DNA from: Laetmonice hystrix
Lineage: Eukaryota
Assembly (NCBI GenBank): GCA_965235115.1
Contig: OZ249436.1
Location: 47,928,001-47,992,000 of the forward strand
Reading direction: 5' to 3'
DNA length: 64,000 nucleotides
Under the pieces are notes generated by a model that saw only the letters and a list, made by a program, of their open reading frames with translations, was not told where the DNA came from and searched no databases. The position numbers were made by a program, and so were the translations under genes. Of this stretch, positions 39,134-50,993 are shown in pieces (position 1 is the stretch's first letter; each line of letters starts with the position of its first letter).

Positions 39134-42100
39134 GTCAGTTCAAGATAAATGTATCTGACAAGCAGGCAGTTACCATTTCTTAATGAGCCATGATAATGAA
39201 ACTATAATATTTGTAGGGATGGGAGTTGTATGTTCAAACAAGGGGAGGGTGCCTTCAATTTCAGTAGTGTTACGTAACATCATTATGGCTATATTCTTAG
39301 TGGTAGCCACTGGGGAAAAAACAGCAGTTGGTAAAACTTTGAGTACTGGTCATGGATATCATTTTTATGGTTTTAAAATTGAAATGGTTTGCTTTTACAA
39401 TTCGTTTCTGTTTGGGACTGTTCTAGTTATTTATAAGACTAGACTATCAAGGTTATTACAGTAAAACTGTTGGGCTCAAGTTTGTGATCCATGGCTTGCT
39501 AATGAATCCCCGAGAGGCAGTAGCCACCTAACTTTGGTTGGACCAAACTCAGATGAGGACAAATTACATTTTTTGCAATTCCTAATGTCAAGCAAACATT
39601 CCTTTACTGATATAACAAAGCACACCATTATTTTATTTGTTACCATAATGTAGTCCATATATAGTGGAATATGTAATGTGCTTTGTATTTTTTTTAAAAT
39701 TAAAATTGTATAGGGGCACCAGGTACTGCTCTCACTGTCCTTTCATCTGGGCCAATTATTTAGCATTTTTGGCACCCCCTCTTCCCTTCTTAAAACCTAC
39801 AGATGGAAATTAGGGGGGTGGGGGGTGGGGCTCGTAAATGCTTATTCTTGTTAGATTTGACCATGTTATGTACCCTATATATCTTTCACAAATTTAGACA
39901 GTGCCCCAAGGTTTCGTTGCCCCTGGAACAAGTCAAGTTTTGGAATCGCCCCCCCCCCCTTCCAAAGCTGCAACACTGAGCACAAGGAACCGATTCTTCT
40001 CTTGTCTCCAGCCTTCAGGATCGGGTGCTGCACTACACTAGCAGAGCCAACAAATTTTCATAGGGGTGGAAATGCTGAGACCAGTAATCCCTTTGGGGTG
40101 GCCCGGACATTGGTAGCCCTAAAATGTAAATGTTGTGTGGACCAGTCCGTGGAGTGGCAAGTTAGGTGGCCAGCAGGCTTGAGTTTAGGGTAGCCACGTA
40201 AATTGTTGAACAGCCCCTAAAAGCACATGTACTGTTTCAGGACGAGGGGTTGTGTGTTGCGACGATATCTTGCCAGGGCAGTTTGTGGCAGAATATAAAG
40301 GTGAACTAGTAACAGCTGATGAAGCATCTGCACGGGAAGAGGAACAGGACAGCGTGTTCCGTTTTTTCTTCACGTGGCAGAAGAAGGAACTTTGGTGAGA
40401 TTCTGCGATGTTATCTTTAGTGAAAGTAGAAGGTAATTTCTGTGTCTTTAAACAAAGGTCATGAATGATAAACATGACTACACATAGCACTATATTTGAC
40501 TTCCCACTGTAATTATATTGCCTGTGGCTATGACCTTGACAAAGACTTGTTTTTTTATGTTTCTAGTGTTGATGCTTCAGAGGAGCCTGTAGCAGGCCCC
40601 AGACTTGGCCGACTTGTCAATCATGGAGAAAAGTCAGAAAGAAACAGTAGAATGAAAGTTGTGGAGGTGGAATGCATACCAAGGCTTTGCTTGTTTAGTA
40701 CTTGGTGAGTCCTGTTTGATTTTAGAAGCCACAGATATGAACAACGACTACCATAGAAGTTTTCAGAAACATGGATACCATGTGACTCCTCATTTCTATT
40801 TGACAGCTTTATGAAACATGATTATCTGTGTTTTTGTAAAAAAAAAAAGACAGATTTTGTCTCATGAAGTGTACTTTCCTGACAGTGACATCGGACCTGG
40901 CACAGAAATTATGTATGACTATGGGATCAAAGAAGAAGATATGCCATGGAAGAAGGCAAAGGTTAGTGCCTTTGTATATTCCAGAGTCTCATAAAAACTT
41001 TTCCTTTCAGTTCGCGCTTTATTAGACAGATTTCTAGTAATCTCTTGCCTTGTGAAAACTGTGTTATTTAGGGCATATGCGTAGGAATAGGGGTCTACAA
41101 CCCCTCCCCCCATATCAAAGGTGAGGGGGGAGGGGCTGAAGTGTCGTTCCGCAACACCCTGCTCCTTAAATCCTCCTTGGTCTCCCAGGAAGGACTAGAC
41201 CACCGCGGGCCTCTTCATTTCTGTCAGAATTTGATCTCCAGAAGCCGGGAGATCCTGTTTTGGGCCTTCAAAATTAAAAATTTTCCGGGGAGCCTTCTGG
41301 ACCCCATGCTGAATTTTTAAGTCTGCACCTTCGGTTCGGTGCTTGCAGGGCACCACATAGCCGACACTCTTAGGCCCCCCTAACAAAAGCTTCATATGCG
41401 CCTATTGGTTGTGGGTAAAAAAGGAATTGTGTGTGTCCCCCCTTTGTGTCCTCATATTGTTGCAAACTTTAATCTGGTCAAGTGGCGGGTGTGTCCACAC
41501 TTATTTCAGTTCTAGGTTATAATGTCCTCACTTTGGTACATTTTTGGTCTAAGTGTGTCCTCACTTTGTAGCACTGAATGCTTTTGTTTTTCCTAAGACT
41601 TACAAAAAGGCTAAGATTTCATTAATACGTAATGGCTCTACGGCATAGGCCTACGGCGTACGGCATACATTGGAAATGGCCTGATTAAAGTGGGACAGAT
41701 TCCATATTAGACTGGGATTGTATGGCACGACTAAAGAGTAGTGTAGGAAGGAAAAATATATTGGGAGGGGGGGGGGGAGGGGCAGAAGTGAAGTCACAAT
41801 GACTTGCGCCTATGCTTTTTCATTGAGCCATGCGGTCATTTTATAAATATTTGGGGGGTTGCAGCCCCCTCTGCCCCCAGCTTCCTACGCCCCTGCTATA
41901 TGGCGTATGGAATAGGAGTCGCTCCCTGTAACGATTTTCGCCGTAACCGTATGCTTTCCGTAAGGGGAACTCTAAATAATTAATAATCACTAATCACGGC
42001 TTCCCTGGGGTCTTCCCTGGCCTTTGCACGCTACAAAGGCTTACCATGCAAGGACCGTATAAATTTTATGGAATCATCCGTATGCTCTTTACGTACGCCG

Positions 42101-45100
42101 TATGCCGTGGCCGTAGAGCCGTAACGCATTTATTGAATCTCAGCTTAAGGCCTCTACAAGTTTTAATATGATAATTATTTTGTTCGTTTGCATTAGTGGC
42201 TTAATGTTGATCGTGTCCCTGATAGTAATTGTTTATCAAGTCCAAGAAATTAAATGGCACAGATGGCTATCTCCAGTAGAAAAGTATTATAGGTTGTCTG
42301 AAGACTCAGGGGTACCGAAATTTGGCTGTCTCTTTTTAAATGTTATGTTGTTTTCACAATTATATGAAGATTTTAAAAACTTTGCAGATACATCAACCTA
42401 TTGGTTTGTATAGATATAAGATTTTTGCTATACATAGGCCTATGACGAACGTTTCCAATCAAATACATGGGTGTCCGAAATCGGGGAGGGCCGAAACAGG
42501 GCAGTTGCCCCCCCCCCCCCGAATGGATAGCATTGTTTACAACACTATAAAAGAAAAGCTTAGAACTACACCATGCGTGTCCTTCTTTATCCATTCAATA
42601 ACTATATTTCAAAGACGTATACCCATATTTTTCCTGTTTAAAATGCTGGAATTTGTCAAATTTGCCCCCCCCCCTCCCCCATTAAAAAGTATTACCCTCT
42701 ACCCTACCCCCTTCGGGAAATACGAACTATGCCTCTCTCAGGAATATGTTCTACGGACGCCCATGAACACAAGTTGCTGTTATGTTGCCTTGGAAATGTC
42801 ATCAGCCACGAATTATATTTACCGGTATAATCTCGATAATGTTATCAATTTTTTTTATTCAACAATCGACGTCCACTTTGCCAGCAACACTCTAAAAGAT
42901 CCTTCTTTCATTGCATTTGTCCTGCTGGTCTTCGGGCAATTCTTTGGCCCACTACGATTTAACTACTGAAAGATCACTGATATTTTTGCGTTAATGCATC
43001 ATTTCAACAACGCCATCCCGTATCCTTTTTCCCTGATTATTCTTTTATGTAAGAGATTATACCAATATAATAAATTTCCACTCATGTATTTCTGTTTAAA
43101 TATTTTCAAGTCGTGAGAAGCCCATGATTCAGAGATGTTTACTTACAGTGTTTTTGTAAAATATATTGAGCAGGTACAGCGGAACAGTTTCGACAGTGGG
43201 GGGGGGGGGGGGCTATATCAGTATAACGGAGGTGAAACTATTGGAGATTTTTTATTTAGAAAAGCTTGTATTAAAAAAAGGGCTTTCAGAAAGAAATGGG
43301 GGGGGGGGGCTGAAGGCCCCCAGCCCCCCTCCCCGCTTCCGCAGTCCCTGTTGAGGTTGAGTGCGTTATACGTAATGTTCCAAGTTCGTTTTCCCAATCC
43401 ATTTGGGGTTTTGTATTTTACATTTACATTAATTTTATCAATTTGGTTCTCAATATTCATTCCCACCTTTAACTATGGAAGTCTTAGTCGACAAGAAATC
43501 GGGTGGGCCAAAAAATATTGGAACACTCTTTTTTTGACTATAACTTCTACAATTACTCCGATGTCATAATGTTTTGCACATATCATGTGATTATTTGGGG
43601 CCTGTGGTACAAATTTCAGAAAGTGTCTGAAAGTGAAGCATGGATATGTAGGTTCACATTTGCAACAGCATGATACCATCCCAACTCAGCATTTCATTAT
43701 ACCTTAATGGCCAGTGAAACAGCTAAATGTAAAACATAGCAAACAAAATAGAAGTATTTGGTAGCCTGTGTTGAATATTCTTTATTCCGTCAAGTTTAAA
43801 ACCGATTATTTCCGCACCGTCACAGGTCCAAACCTCACGAATGGTGTCAGTGATGCCCTACTGGGTCCGGCTGCCACGACTACCGGCCCAGAAATTGTCG
43901 GTGATGACCTCCTTTGTCCCGTTGCCATGGCTTCCACCCTTCAAGTTCCCGATAATGTTCTAAGTCCCGTTGCTAGAGTTGCTACCCCTAAAGTTACCTG
44001 TGATGACCTCCTGGGTCCAGTTCCCAAGGTTACTGCCCCTCACGTTGCCGGTGATGACCTCCTAGGTCCCGTTGCCACGGCTACCACCCCTCACGTTGCC
44101 GGCGATGACCTCTTGGGTCCAGTTGCCACGGCTACCACCCCTCAAGTTGCCGGTGATGACCTCCTAGGTCCCGTTGCCACGGCTACCACCCCTCAAGTTG
44201 CCGGTGATGACCTCTTGGGTTCAGTTGCCACGGCTACCACTCAAGTTGCCGGTGATGACCTCTTGGGTCCAGTTGCCACGGCTACCACTCCTCAAGTTGC
44301 CGGTGATGACCTCCTAGTTCCCGTTGCCACGGCTACCACCCCTCAAGTTGCCGGCGTGGACCTCCTAGGTCCCGTTGCCACGGCTACCACCCCTCAAGTT
44401 GCCGGCGATGACCTCTTGGGTCCAGTTGCCACGGCTACCACTCCCCAAGTTGCCGGCGATGACCTCCTAGGTCCAGTTGACAGGGCTAGCGCCCCTCGAG
44501 TTGCCGGCGTGGACCTCCTAGGTCCCGTTGCCACAGCTACCACCTCTCAAGTTGCCGGCGATGACCTCCTAGGTCCCGTTGCCACGGCTACCACCACTCA
44601 AGTTGCCGGCGATGACCTCTTGGGTCCAGTTGCCACGGCTACCACCCCTCAAGTTGCCGGCGATGACCTCCTAGGTCCCGTTGCCACGGCTACCACCACT
44701 CAAGTTGCCGGCGATGACCTCTTGGGTCCAGTTGCCACGGCTACCACTCCTCAAGTTGCCGGTGATGACCTCCTAGGTCCCGTTGCCACGGCTGCCATCC
44801 CTCATGTTGCCGGTGATGACCTCCTGGGTCTAGTTACCACAACTTCTGTCCATCAAGTTGTCAGTGATGCCCTCCCGTGGTCCGTTGCCATGGCTACCAC
44901 CCCTCCATTTGTCAGTGATGCCTTTCTGGGTCCTGTCGCCATGGCTACTGCCCCTCAAGTTGATGAAGTCCAGCCTAGTGCATCCGCTACCAGTGCTCTG
45001 CCAGACAACAGTAATGAGATGATGATCACTGATTCCCAAAGTCCGGGCCAATCTAGTACAGGAGGTACGATAATAATAACCAAGATCAATGTTGTTTCCG

Positions 45101-47936
45101 TCCTCGCTTAGTTTCAACTTTGGTGTCCTCACTTTGTTTCAAGCCTGGTGTGTGTTCTTAGCTTGCTTCAGCCTTGGCATATGTCTGTCCTCACTTTGCT
45201 CCAACCTTGGTGTATGTGTCCTCACTCTGCTCCAACCTTGGTGTATGTGTCCTCACTCTGCTCCAACCTTGGTGTATGTGTCCTCACTCTGCTCCAACCT
45301 TGGTGTATGTGTCCTCACTCTGCTCCAACCTTGGTGTATGTGTCCTCACTCTGCTCCAACCTTGGTATATGTGTCCTCACTCTGCTCCAACCTTGGTATA
45401 TGTGTCCTCACTCTGCTCCAACCTTGGTATATGTGTCCTCACTCTGCTCCAACCTTGGTGTATGTGTCCTCACTATGTTTGAAGCTTGCCAGGTGTGACC
45501 GCACCATGTTTCGACCATGTGTCGTCACTTTGATATTCTCAACATTGGGGTCTTTTTCCTCAGGTTGTTTTAACCTTGATGTGCGTTATCTTCACCTGTC
45601 TCCGACCCTATATTTAATTGTTCATCTTTTAGGTGCAGCCGCTACTGATGTCATCGACCACGCGTCATTTAGTGAAGATGGTGAAGATGAAGATAGTATG
45701 GAGGACTATGTACCAGGCTCATCAAGCAGCGAATCAAGTTCTGACTATTCGGATGTCATACCCTTTCAGGGTCTGCCCTCTGCAAAAGGAAACCAGGAAG
45801 CTAAGTACAGAAAAGCCATTTCCAAGATGTGCTCAAGAGCCCTGGAAGCTCGACAAGCCCCACAAGCATCCACCAGTTCAGATAGTTTCATCAGCCCGTC
45901 TAGTGCCCTGGGAGCCCGACAAGCCCCACAAGCATCCACCAGTTCAGATAGTTTCATCAGCCCGTCTAGTGCCCTGGGAGCCCGACAAGCCCCACAAGCA
46001 TCCACCAGTTCAGATAGTTTCATCAGTCCGTCTAGTGCCCTGGGAGCCCGACAAGCCCCACAAGCATCCACCAGTTCAGATAGTTTCATCAGCCCGTCTA
46101 GTGCCCTGGGAGCCCCACCAACCTCCGGTTCGGATGATGTCCTAGGATCACAAAGTGCCCTGGGAACATCACAAGCCAATGATGCAGTTTTGCATAACAG
46201 AAAAATAAGAGTCATGGTGGCAGACAATGAACAAGGAAGAAAATGGGACAAAATCTATTACTGTTTATATTGTCAGAAGCCACAGAAGAAATTGCCAAGA
46301 CATATAACTACTCAACATCCGGACGAGGTGAAAGTTGTGGAGTACTGCAATGAAAAGAACAGTCTAAGGAGATCACAGAAAATGTGTCTTCTTAGAAACC
46401 TAGGTAACCACAAACATAACTGTGAGGTGCTGAGAAAGGGAGAAGGGATTTTGATAGTAACTCACAGACCAGTGAGGGAAACCCTACCAGACGAATACGG
46501 TCCATGTGAAATTTGCTTTGCCTACATCCTCAGAAATGATCTCTGGAGGCACAGATGTCCGCTTAAGGATGAACAGGAAGAGGAACCAGTGAAAAAGAAA
46601 CGCAGAGCAGTCAGTTGTAAACTCCTTCTTCCGCCCCCACCAGGTATCAGCGAAAATTTGCACACAATCACCCATTCCATGAGGGCCGACAACATATCCA
46701 GAATCACAAAAAGTGACAACCTCATCCTGGCCCTTGGAGAGAAGTTGTATCAAAAGGTTGGGCACAATAAATTTCAACATAATTACATCAGATGCAAGCT
46801 AAGAGAGATGGGACGTCTCCTTGCCCAATTACGTACTGATACTGGGAAGTCAAATTCAAAGCTCGAAGACTTCATTGAGCCTGACCAGTTTAGGGTTGTA
46901 CTAGCTGCGGCAAGACGAGTCTGTGGATTCGAAAAGGAAGGTCAAACGTACAAAACGCCATCACTTGCATTGAAGTTAGGCCATAGTCTTCGAAAGTGTG
47001 CCAAGATCTGCCAAGGACAGTCAATAGAGTTGAATAACGAAGAAAAACAGAAAAAGGTGAAATCTTTTCTAAAACTGATGGATATAAACTGGACAGAGGA
47101 GATGTCAACTCAGGCACTGCGTACCTTGTATGAATTAAAAAGGAACAAGGTCAAACTTCTTCCTCTTGTTGAAGATGTCCACTTGTTGTCGGCGTATCTA
47201 AAGGAAACGGGAAAGAAAGCTGCTGCTTACTTAACAGCAAGCCAGAGTGAGGATCCAAAATATACTTCTCAATGGGACGTTCTTCGAGATGTTTTGTTGG
47301 TTCGACTCATCCTCTTCAACAGGCGGCGACAAGGTGAGGTTTCACACATGTCTGTTGAGGACTACGCCAAGGTCCATCAGGCTGGTCATGAAGGCTTTGT
47401 GATGGAAAGTTTAACCACTCTGGAACAGAATCTCAGTCGCCACTTCTTTCGTGTTGAGATCCGCGGAAAGCGTGGAAACACTGTGCCGGTACTTCTCAAC
47501 AAAGAGTGTAAAGAATGGCTGGATGTCTTAGTGGCTACCAGGGAAAAGGTTGGTATTGCTGCCGGAAATGACTACCTCTTTGCCAGATCACATTATGGAT
47601 CTCTTGACCATGTCAGAGGTTCTGACTGCTTAAGGGACATGAGCGAACAGTGTGGAGCAAGAGAGCCTCAGCTACTACGAACGACTAAACTACGCAAACA
47701 GATTGCGACAATGAGTCAGATCTTAAACTTAAAAGATCACGAGCTTGACGTATTAGCCCGGTTCCTCGGCCACGATATCCGAGTACACAGGGAGTATTAC
47801 CGCTTACCAGACCAAACCCTTCAAGTGGCCAAAGTGACAAAACTTCTCTTGGCAATGGAAAAGGGAGGGCAAGGCCTACAGCTTGGACAGAGTCTAGATG
47901 ACGTCAACGTAAACGTGGACGAAGGTAAATAACTTA

Positions 47937-48006
<70 letters not shown>

Positions 48007-48064
48007 GGTAGTAGTAGTAGTAGTAGTATTAGTAGTAGCAGCAGCAGCAGTAGTAGTATTCGTA

Positions 48065-48102
<38 letters not shown>

Positions 48103-49456
48103 TAATTATGATGTACTAAATAAAAACAAAATAGGGATTCCTTTACAGAAATTGATGCCAATTCTGGACAGTCTAGTGAAAGCGATGGGGACCAGGGAAG
48201 CCAACAGGACAGTTCTGCCAACACTGAAGCATCGAAACGTGTATCCCAAAGAAATATCGCAAGTCAACTGGATATAACTCCGGGGAGTACCACAGCAAGT
48301 CAACAGAAGAACACCAAACAACTTAAAGGTAGAAATCACTAATTCCGCCCCCCCCCCTGCATTTTCACTTCTGTTGATCGCAACTTTAAAATAGATTTAT
48401 TTAAACAGGATTCTAATTCATCAGGGAGTAACTAATTTATTAGCATGATGTCAGGTGCTGGTGATCATAATCATTCCCACCACTGTCCCAGACCGTAAGA
48501 AATCTTCTCCACGGCCCCTTCACCTGGCCCTGGCTTGCTTTTGTGCGTCCTCACTTTGTAGGATGAGTGTAATGCCTATAGCCATGTCCTCAGTCTGTTG
48601 TGTGTGTCCTCACTTCGCGGTGTCGGTGTGGACTGTGTCCTCACTTTGTGCCATTGGTGTGTTGTGTGTCCTCGCTTTGTAAAGTGGGTTTAATACATAA
48701 ACCCATGTTCTCAGTCACTCAGTGTCTTGTGTTTGTCCTCACTTCGTGTACTGGTTCGTAGTGTGTCCTCACTTTGTAGCATTGGTGTGGTGTGTGTCCT
48801 CACTTTGTAGCATTGGTGTGGAGTGTGTCCTCACTGTGTAGCATTGGTGTGGCGTGTGTCCTCACATTGTAGCATTGGTGTGGTGTGTGTCCTCACTTTG
48901 TAGCATTGATGCGGTGTGTGTCCTCACTTTAATTGTAAGGTGTGTTTTATGCATAAACCCATGTCCTCAGTCACTCAGTTTCTTGTGCGTGTCCTCACTT
49001 TGTAGCATTGGTATGGAGTGTGTCCTCACTTTGTAGCATTGGTATGGAGTGTGTCCTCACTTTGTAGCATTGGTGTGGTGTGTGTCCTCGCTTTGTAGCA
49101 TTGGTGTGGTGTGTGTCCTCGCTTTGTATCATTGGTTTGGTACTTAATTATTTTAAATATGAAGTTTTTGTTTATTCTGAGTTTAAATTAAAGTAAAAAT
49201 TCATGAATGACTTCGTTACATTGTTATAGAGCCAGGAGAAACATCTGTTCGCCGGCCCCAGAAGAAAAGAGGCTGGAACGAGACTGAGGTCAACACTGTA
49301 ATGAGATACTTCAGTACCGACATCGCGCTGGGGAACCTGCCGGGAAAATCACAAATAGAAGCTATGCTTGCTGCAGAACAGCCATTGGAACACCGGTCGT
49401 GGAGGAATGTCAAAGATTTTATTAGAAATCGCATTGTTAGTCAGAAGAAACTTTAA
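39028..49456 (+). CDS. Spliced gene, ~1,480 aa: SET methyltransferase - repeat linker - zinc-finger-like motifs - tyrosine recombinase - Myb/SANT-like domain
   Basis: Manually spliced GT-AG exons with compatible phases: 39028-39133, 40241-40394, 40567-40704, 40886-40961, [43620-43647 micro-exon + 43826-45064, or 43795-45064], 45633-47924, 48149-48328, 49230-49456. No internal stops. Only the junction into the 43.8 kb exon is ambiguous. Confidence 0.8.
40241..40394 (+). CDS. Coding exon 2, SET domain (GRGVVCCDDILPGQFVAEYKGELVTADEASAREEEQDSVFRFFFTWQKKEL)
   Basis: tttcAG| ... TG|gtgaga. GRG and EYxGE SET motifs. Confidence 0.9.
40567..40704 (+). CDS. Coding exon 3, SET domain (CVDASEEPVAGPRLGRLVNHGEKSERNSRMKVVEVECIPRLCLFST)
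   Basis: ttctAG| ... TG|gtgagt. CVDA and RLGRLVNH motifs as in PR-Set7/SETD8. Confidence 0.9.
40886..40961 (+). CDS. Coding exon 4, SET C-terminus (CDIGPGTEIMYDYGIKEEDMPWKKAK)
   Basis: ctgacAG| ... AAG|gttagt. DIxxGxExxYDYG motif plus PW. Confidence 0.9.
41610..42144. mobile_element. Diverged MITE in an intron of the SET-YR gene
   Basis: gctaagatttcattaatacgtaatggctctacggc is approximately the reverse complement of gccgtagagccgtaacgcatttattgaatctcagc. Confidence 0.55.
43826..45064 (+). CDS. Coding exon, low-complexity linker of ~20 x 17-aa repeats (PVATATTPQVAGDDLLG)
   Basis: Open frame (ORF 43768-45111). 51-bp unit with frame-preserving deletion (48-bp units). Donor GGAG|gtacga phase 1 matches the next acceptor. 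5' boundary uncertain (43795 or 43826). Confidence 0.65.
45120..45480. repeat. Intronic 31-bp tandem array containing the TIR core motif
   Basis: ggtgtatgtgtcctcactctgctccaacctt x ~10. Confidence 0.9.
45633..47924 (+). CDS. Main coding exon: acidic region, 4 x 22-aa repeats, zinc-finger-like motifs and tyrosine recombinase domain
   Basis: cttttAG|gt ... GAAG|gtaaat. Motifs CLYC..H..H, CEIC..H.C, ILFNRRRQGEV (Arg), IRGKRG (Lys), TKLRKQIAT (xxxR), FLGHDIRVHREYY (His, Tyr nucleophile) in lambda-integrase-family order. Confidence 0.9.
47936..48105. repeat. Compound (ATT)n-(AGT/AGC)n microsatellite in intron
   Basis: Direct reading. Confidence 0.95.
48149..48328 (+). CDS. Coding exon, S/Q/D-rich linker (EIDANSGQSSESDGDQGSQQDSS...KNTKQLK)
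   Basis: ctttacAG| ... AAAG|gtagaa. 180 nt, phase 1/1, open. Confidence 0.7.
48540..49135. repeat. Intronic 31-bp-period array of the TIR core motif
   Basis: gtgtcctcactttgtagcattggtgtggtgt units. Confidence 0.9.
49230..49456 (+). CDS. Last coding exon, Myb/SANT-like domain (KKRGWNETEVNTVMRYF...LPGKSQIEAMLAAEQPLEHRSWRNVKDFIRNRIVSQKKL*)
   Basis: gttatAG| acceptor phase 1. KRxWxxxE and RSWxxVKDxxRN patterns typical of Myb/telobox-like helices. TAA at 49454-56. Confidence 0.8.
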
Positions 49457-49944
49457 ATGTGTAAAGATCCGGGTTCCGTTCGTGTCTGGTTACTTAGCGT
49501 TGTTATGAGCACAATTTTTAAGACACATTAAAAGGATTTCAGTGAAAATCACAAATAGAAGCTATGCTTGCTGCAGAACAGCCATTGGAACACCGGTCGT
49601 GGAGGAATGTCAAAGATTTTATTAGAAATCGCATTGTTAGTCAGAAGAAACTTTAAATGTGTAAAGATCCGGGTTCCGTTCGTGTCTGGTTACTTAGCGT
49701 TGTTATGAGCACAATTTTTAAGACACATTAAAAGGATTTCAGTGAAAATCACAAATAGAAGCTATGCTTGCTGCAGAACAGCCATTGGAACACCGGTCGT
49801 GGAGGAATGTCAAAGATTTTATTAGAAATCGCATTGTTAGTCAGAAGAAACTTTAAATGTGTAAAGATCCGGGTTCCGTTCATGCCTAGTTACTTAGCGC
49901 TGTTATGAGCACAATTTTTAAGACACATTAAAAGGATTTCAGTG
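49344..49944. repeat. Three tandem copies of a 200-bp unit spanning the stop codon
   Basis: gaaaatcacaaatagaagct... starts at 49344, 49544, 49744. Confidence 0.95.
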
Positions 49945-50184
49945 TATTTTCGCAACTTCCTGTTTTTCTTGATGCAGTTTTAGGGGTAGCTCTAGGTACC
50001 CCACCTGACTGTAGTGATTATAGGCCCCTATATATCCCTCCTGACTGTAGTGCTAGAAGTATCTCTTTTTCAAAGCAGCGGACGTTTATTTGACTCTCAA
50101 GTAGTACTGAAACTGAAGAATCGGGGAACTTCTTGCAATTTTTATCATTACGGGTTGATGCATGCCCCTGGGTTCTTAGTATGG

Positions 50185-50456
50185 TGCGTGTCCTCACTTC
50201 GTAGCATTGGTGTGCGGTGTGTCCTCAGTTTGTAGGAAGTTTAATGCCTATACCCATGTCCTCGGTTTGTTGTGTGTGTCCTCACTTTGGAGCATTGGTG
50301 TGGTGTGTTTCCTCACTGTGTAGCATTGGTGCGATGTGTGTCCTCACTTTGTAGCATTGGTGTGATGTGTCCTCGCTTTGTAGGATGGTTTTAATGCATA
50401 AAGCAATGCCCTCAGTAAGTGAGTGTAGCATTGGTGTGGTGTGTCCTCGCTTTGTA
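50185..50456. repeat. 3' array of the TIR core motif (gtgtcctcactttgtagcattgg)
   Basis: Same unit as 48540-49135, more diverged. Confidence 0.85.
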
Positions 50457-50993
50457 AAGATAATGCAGAATTCGTCCAATTCCGCTTTGTTTTGAAAATT
50501 GTTTGTATTTTATTGGATATTCAAATAGAGTATTTGCATTATATCTGTATCTTAGATAAAATTGTATTCGTTGTTGAACCCAACCTTTAATTTAACGGGT
50601 ATCTAGATATACATGTATTTCTGGCATTATTGTCCCTGGTGAAGAGTAAAGATCGCGTGTAGTTTACCTACACAAAGCTAAGATGCCTTATTTCACAATT
50701 TTAAGGAGTTTTCCCAGCACTACAAGCAGAGTATTGTATGAAGGAATAACCTGAAGGCGTCAGTTGGACAAGTTGCCCCTCATTGCTTTTTCCAACCCTT
50801 CTACTGTCACGAGTAGACGAAATAGGAAACGTGTTTAAAATAACAGTAGGTGAAGTTGAAGTAGGCCAAATCCGAGTAGATGAGGTCGGGTTTTATGTTT
50901 GAGATTTAGGTGGTCGCACTGAGTTGCTCTAATTAATCGTGAGTAATCTCCTAAGATAGTATTCGATCGAGACTGAACCAAAGTGGTCTTGAT

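Noticed and set aside
45089..45632. N-terminal ~180 aa of the 947-aa ORF
   Set aside because: Read-through of an intronic 31-bp array. A good acceptor at 45631-32 and a phase-matched donor at 45064 indicate this part is intron.
39028..49456. Calling the gene host KMT5A/SETD8, or a DIRS/Ngaro retroelement
   Set aside because: The SET is N-terminal and fused to a YR inside mobile-element termini, so no host symbol is assigned. No RT/RNase H ORF was found.
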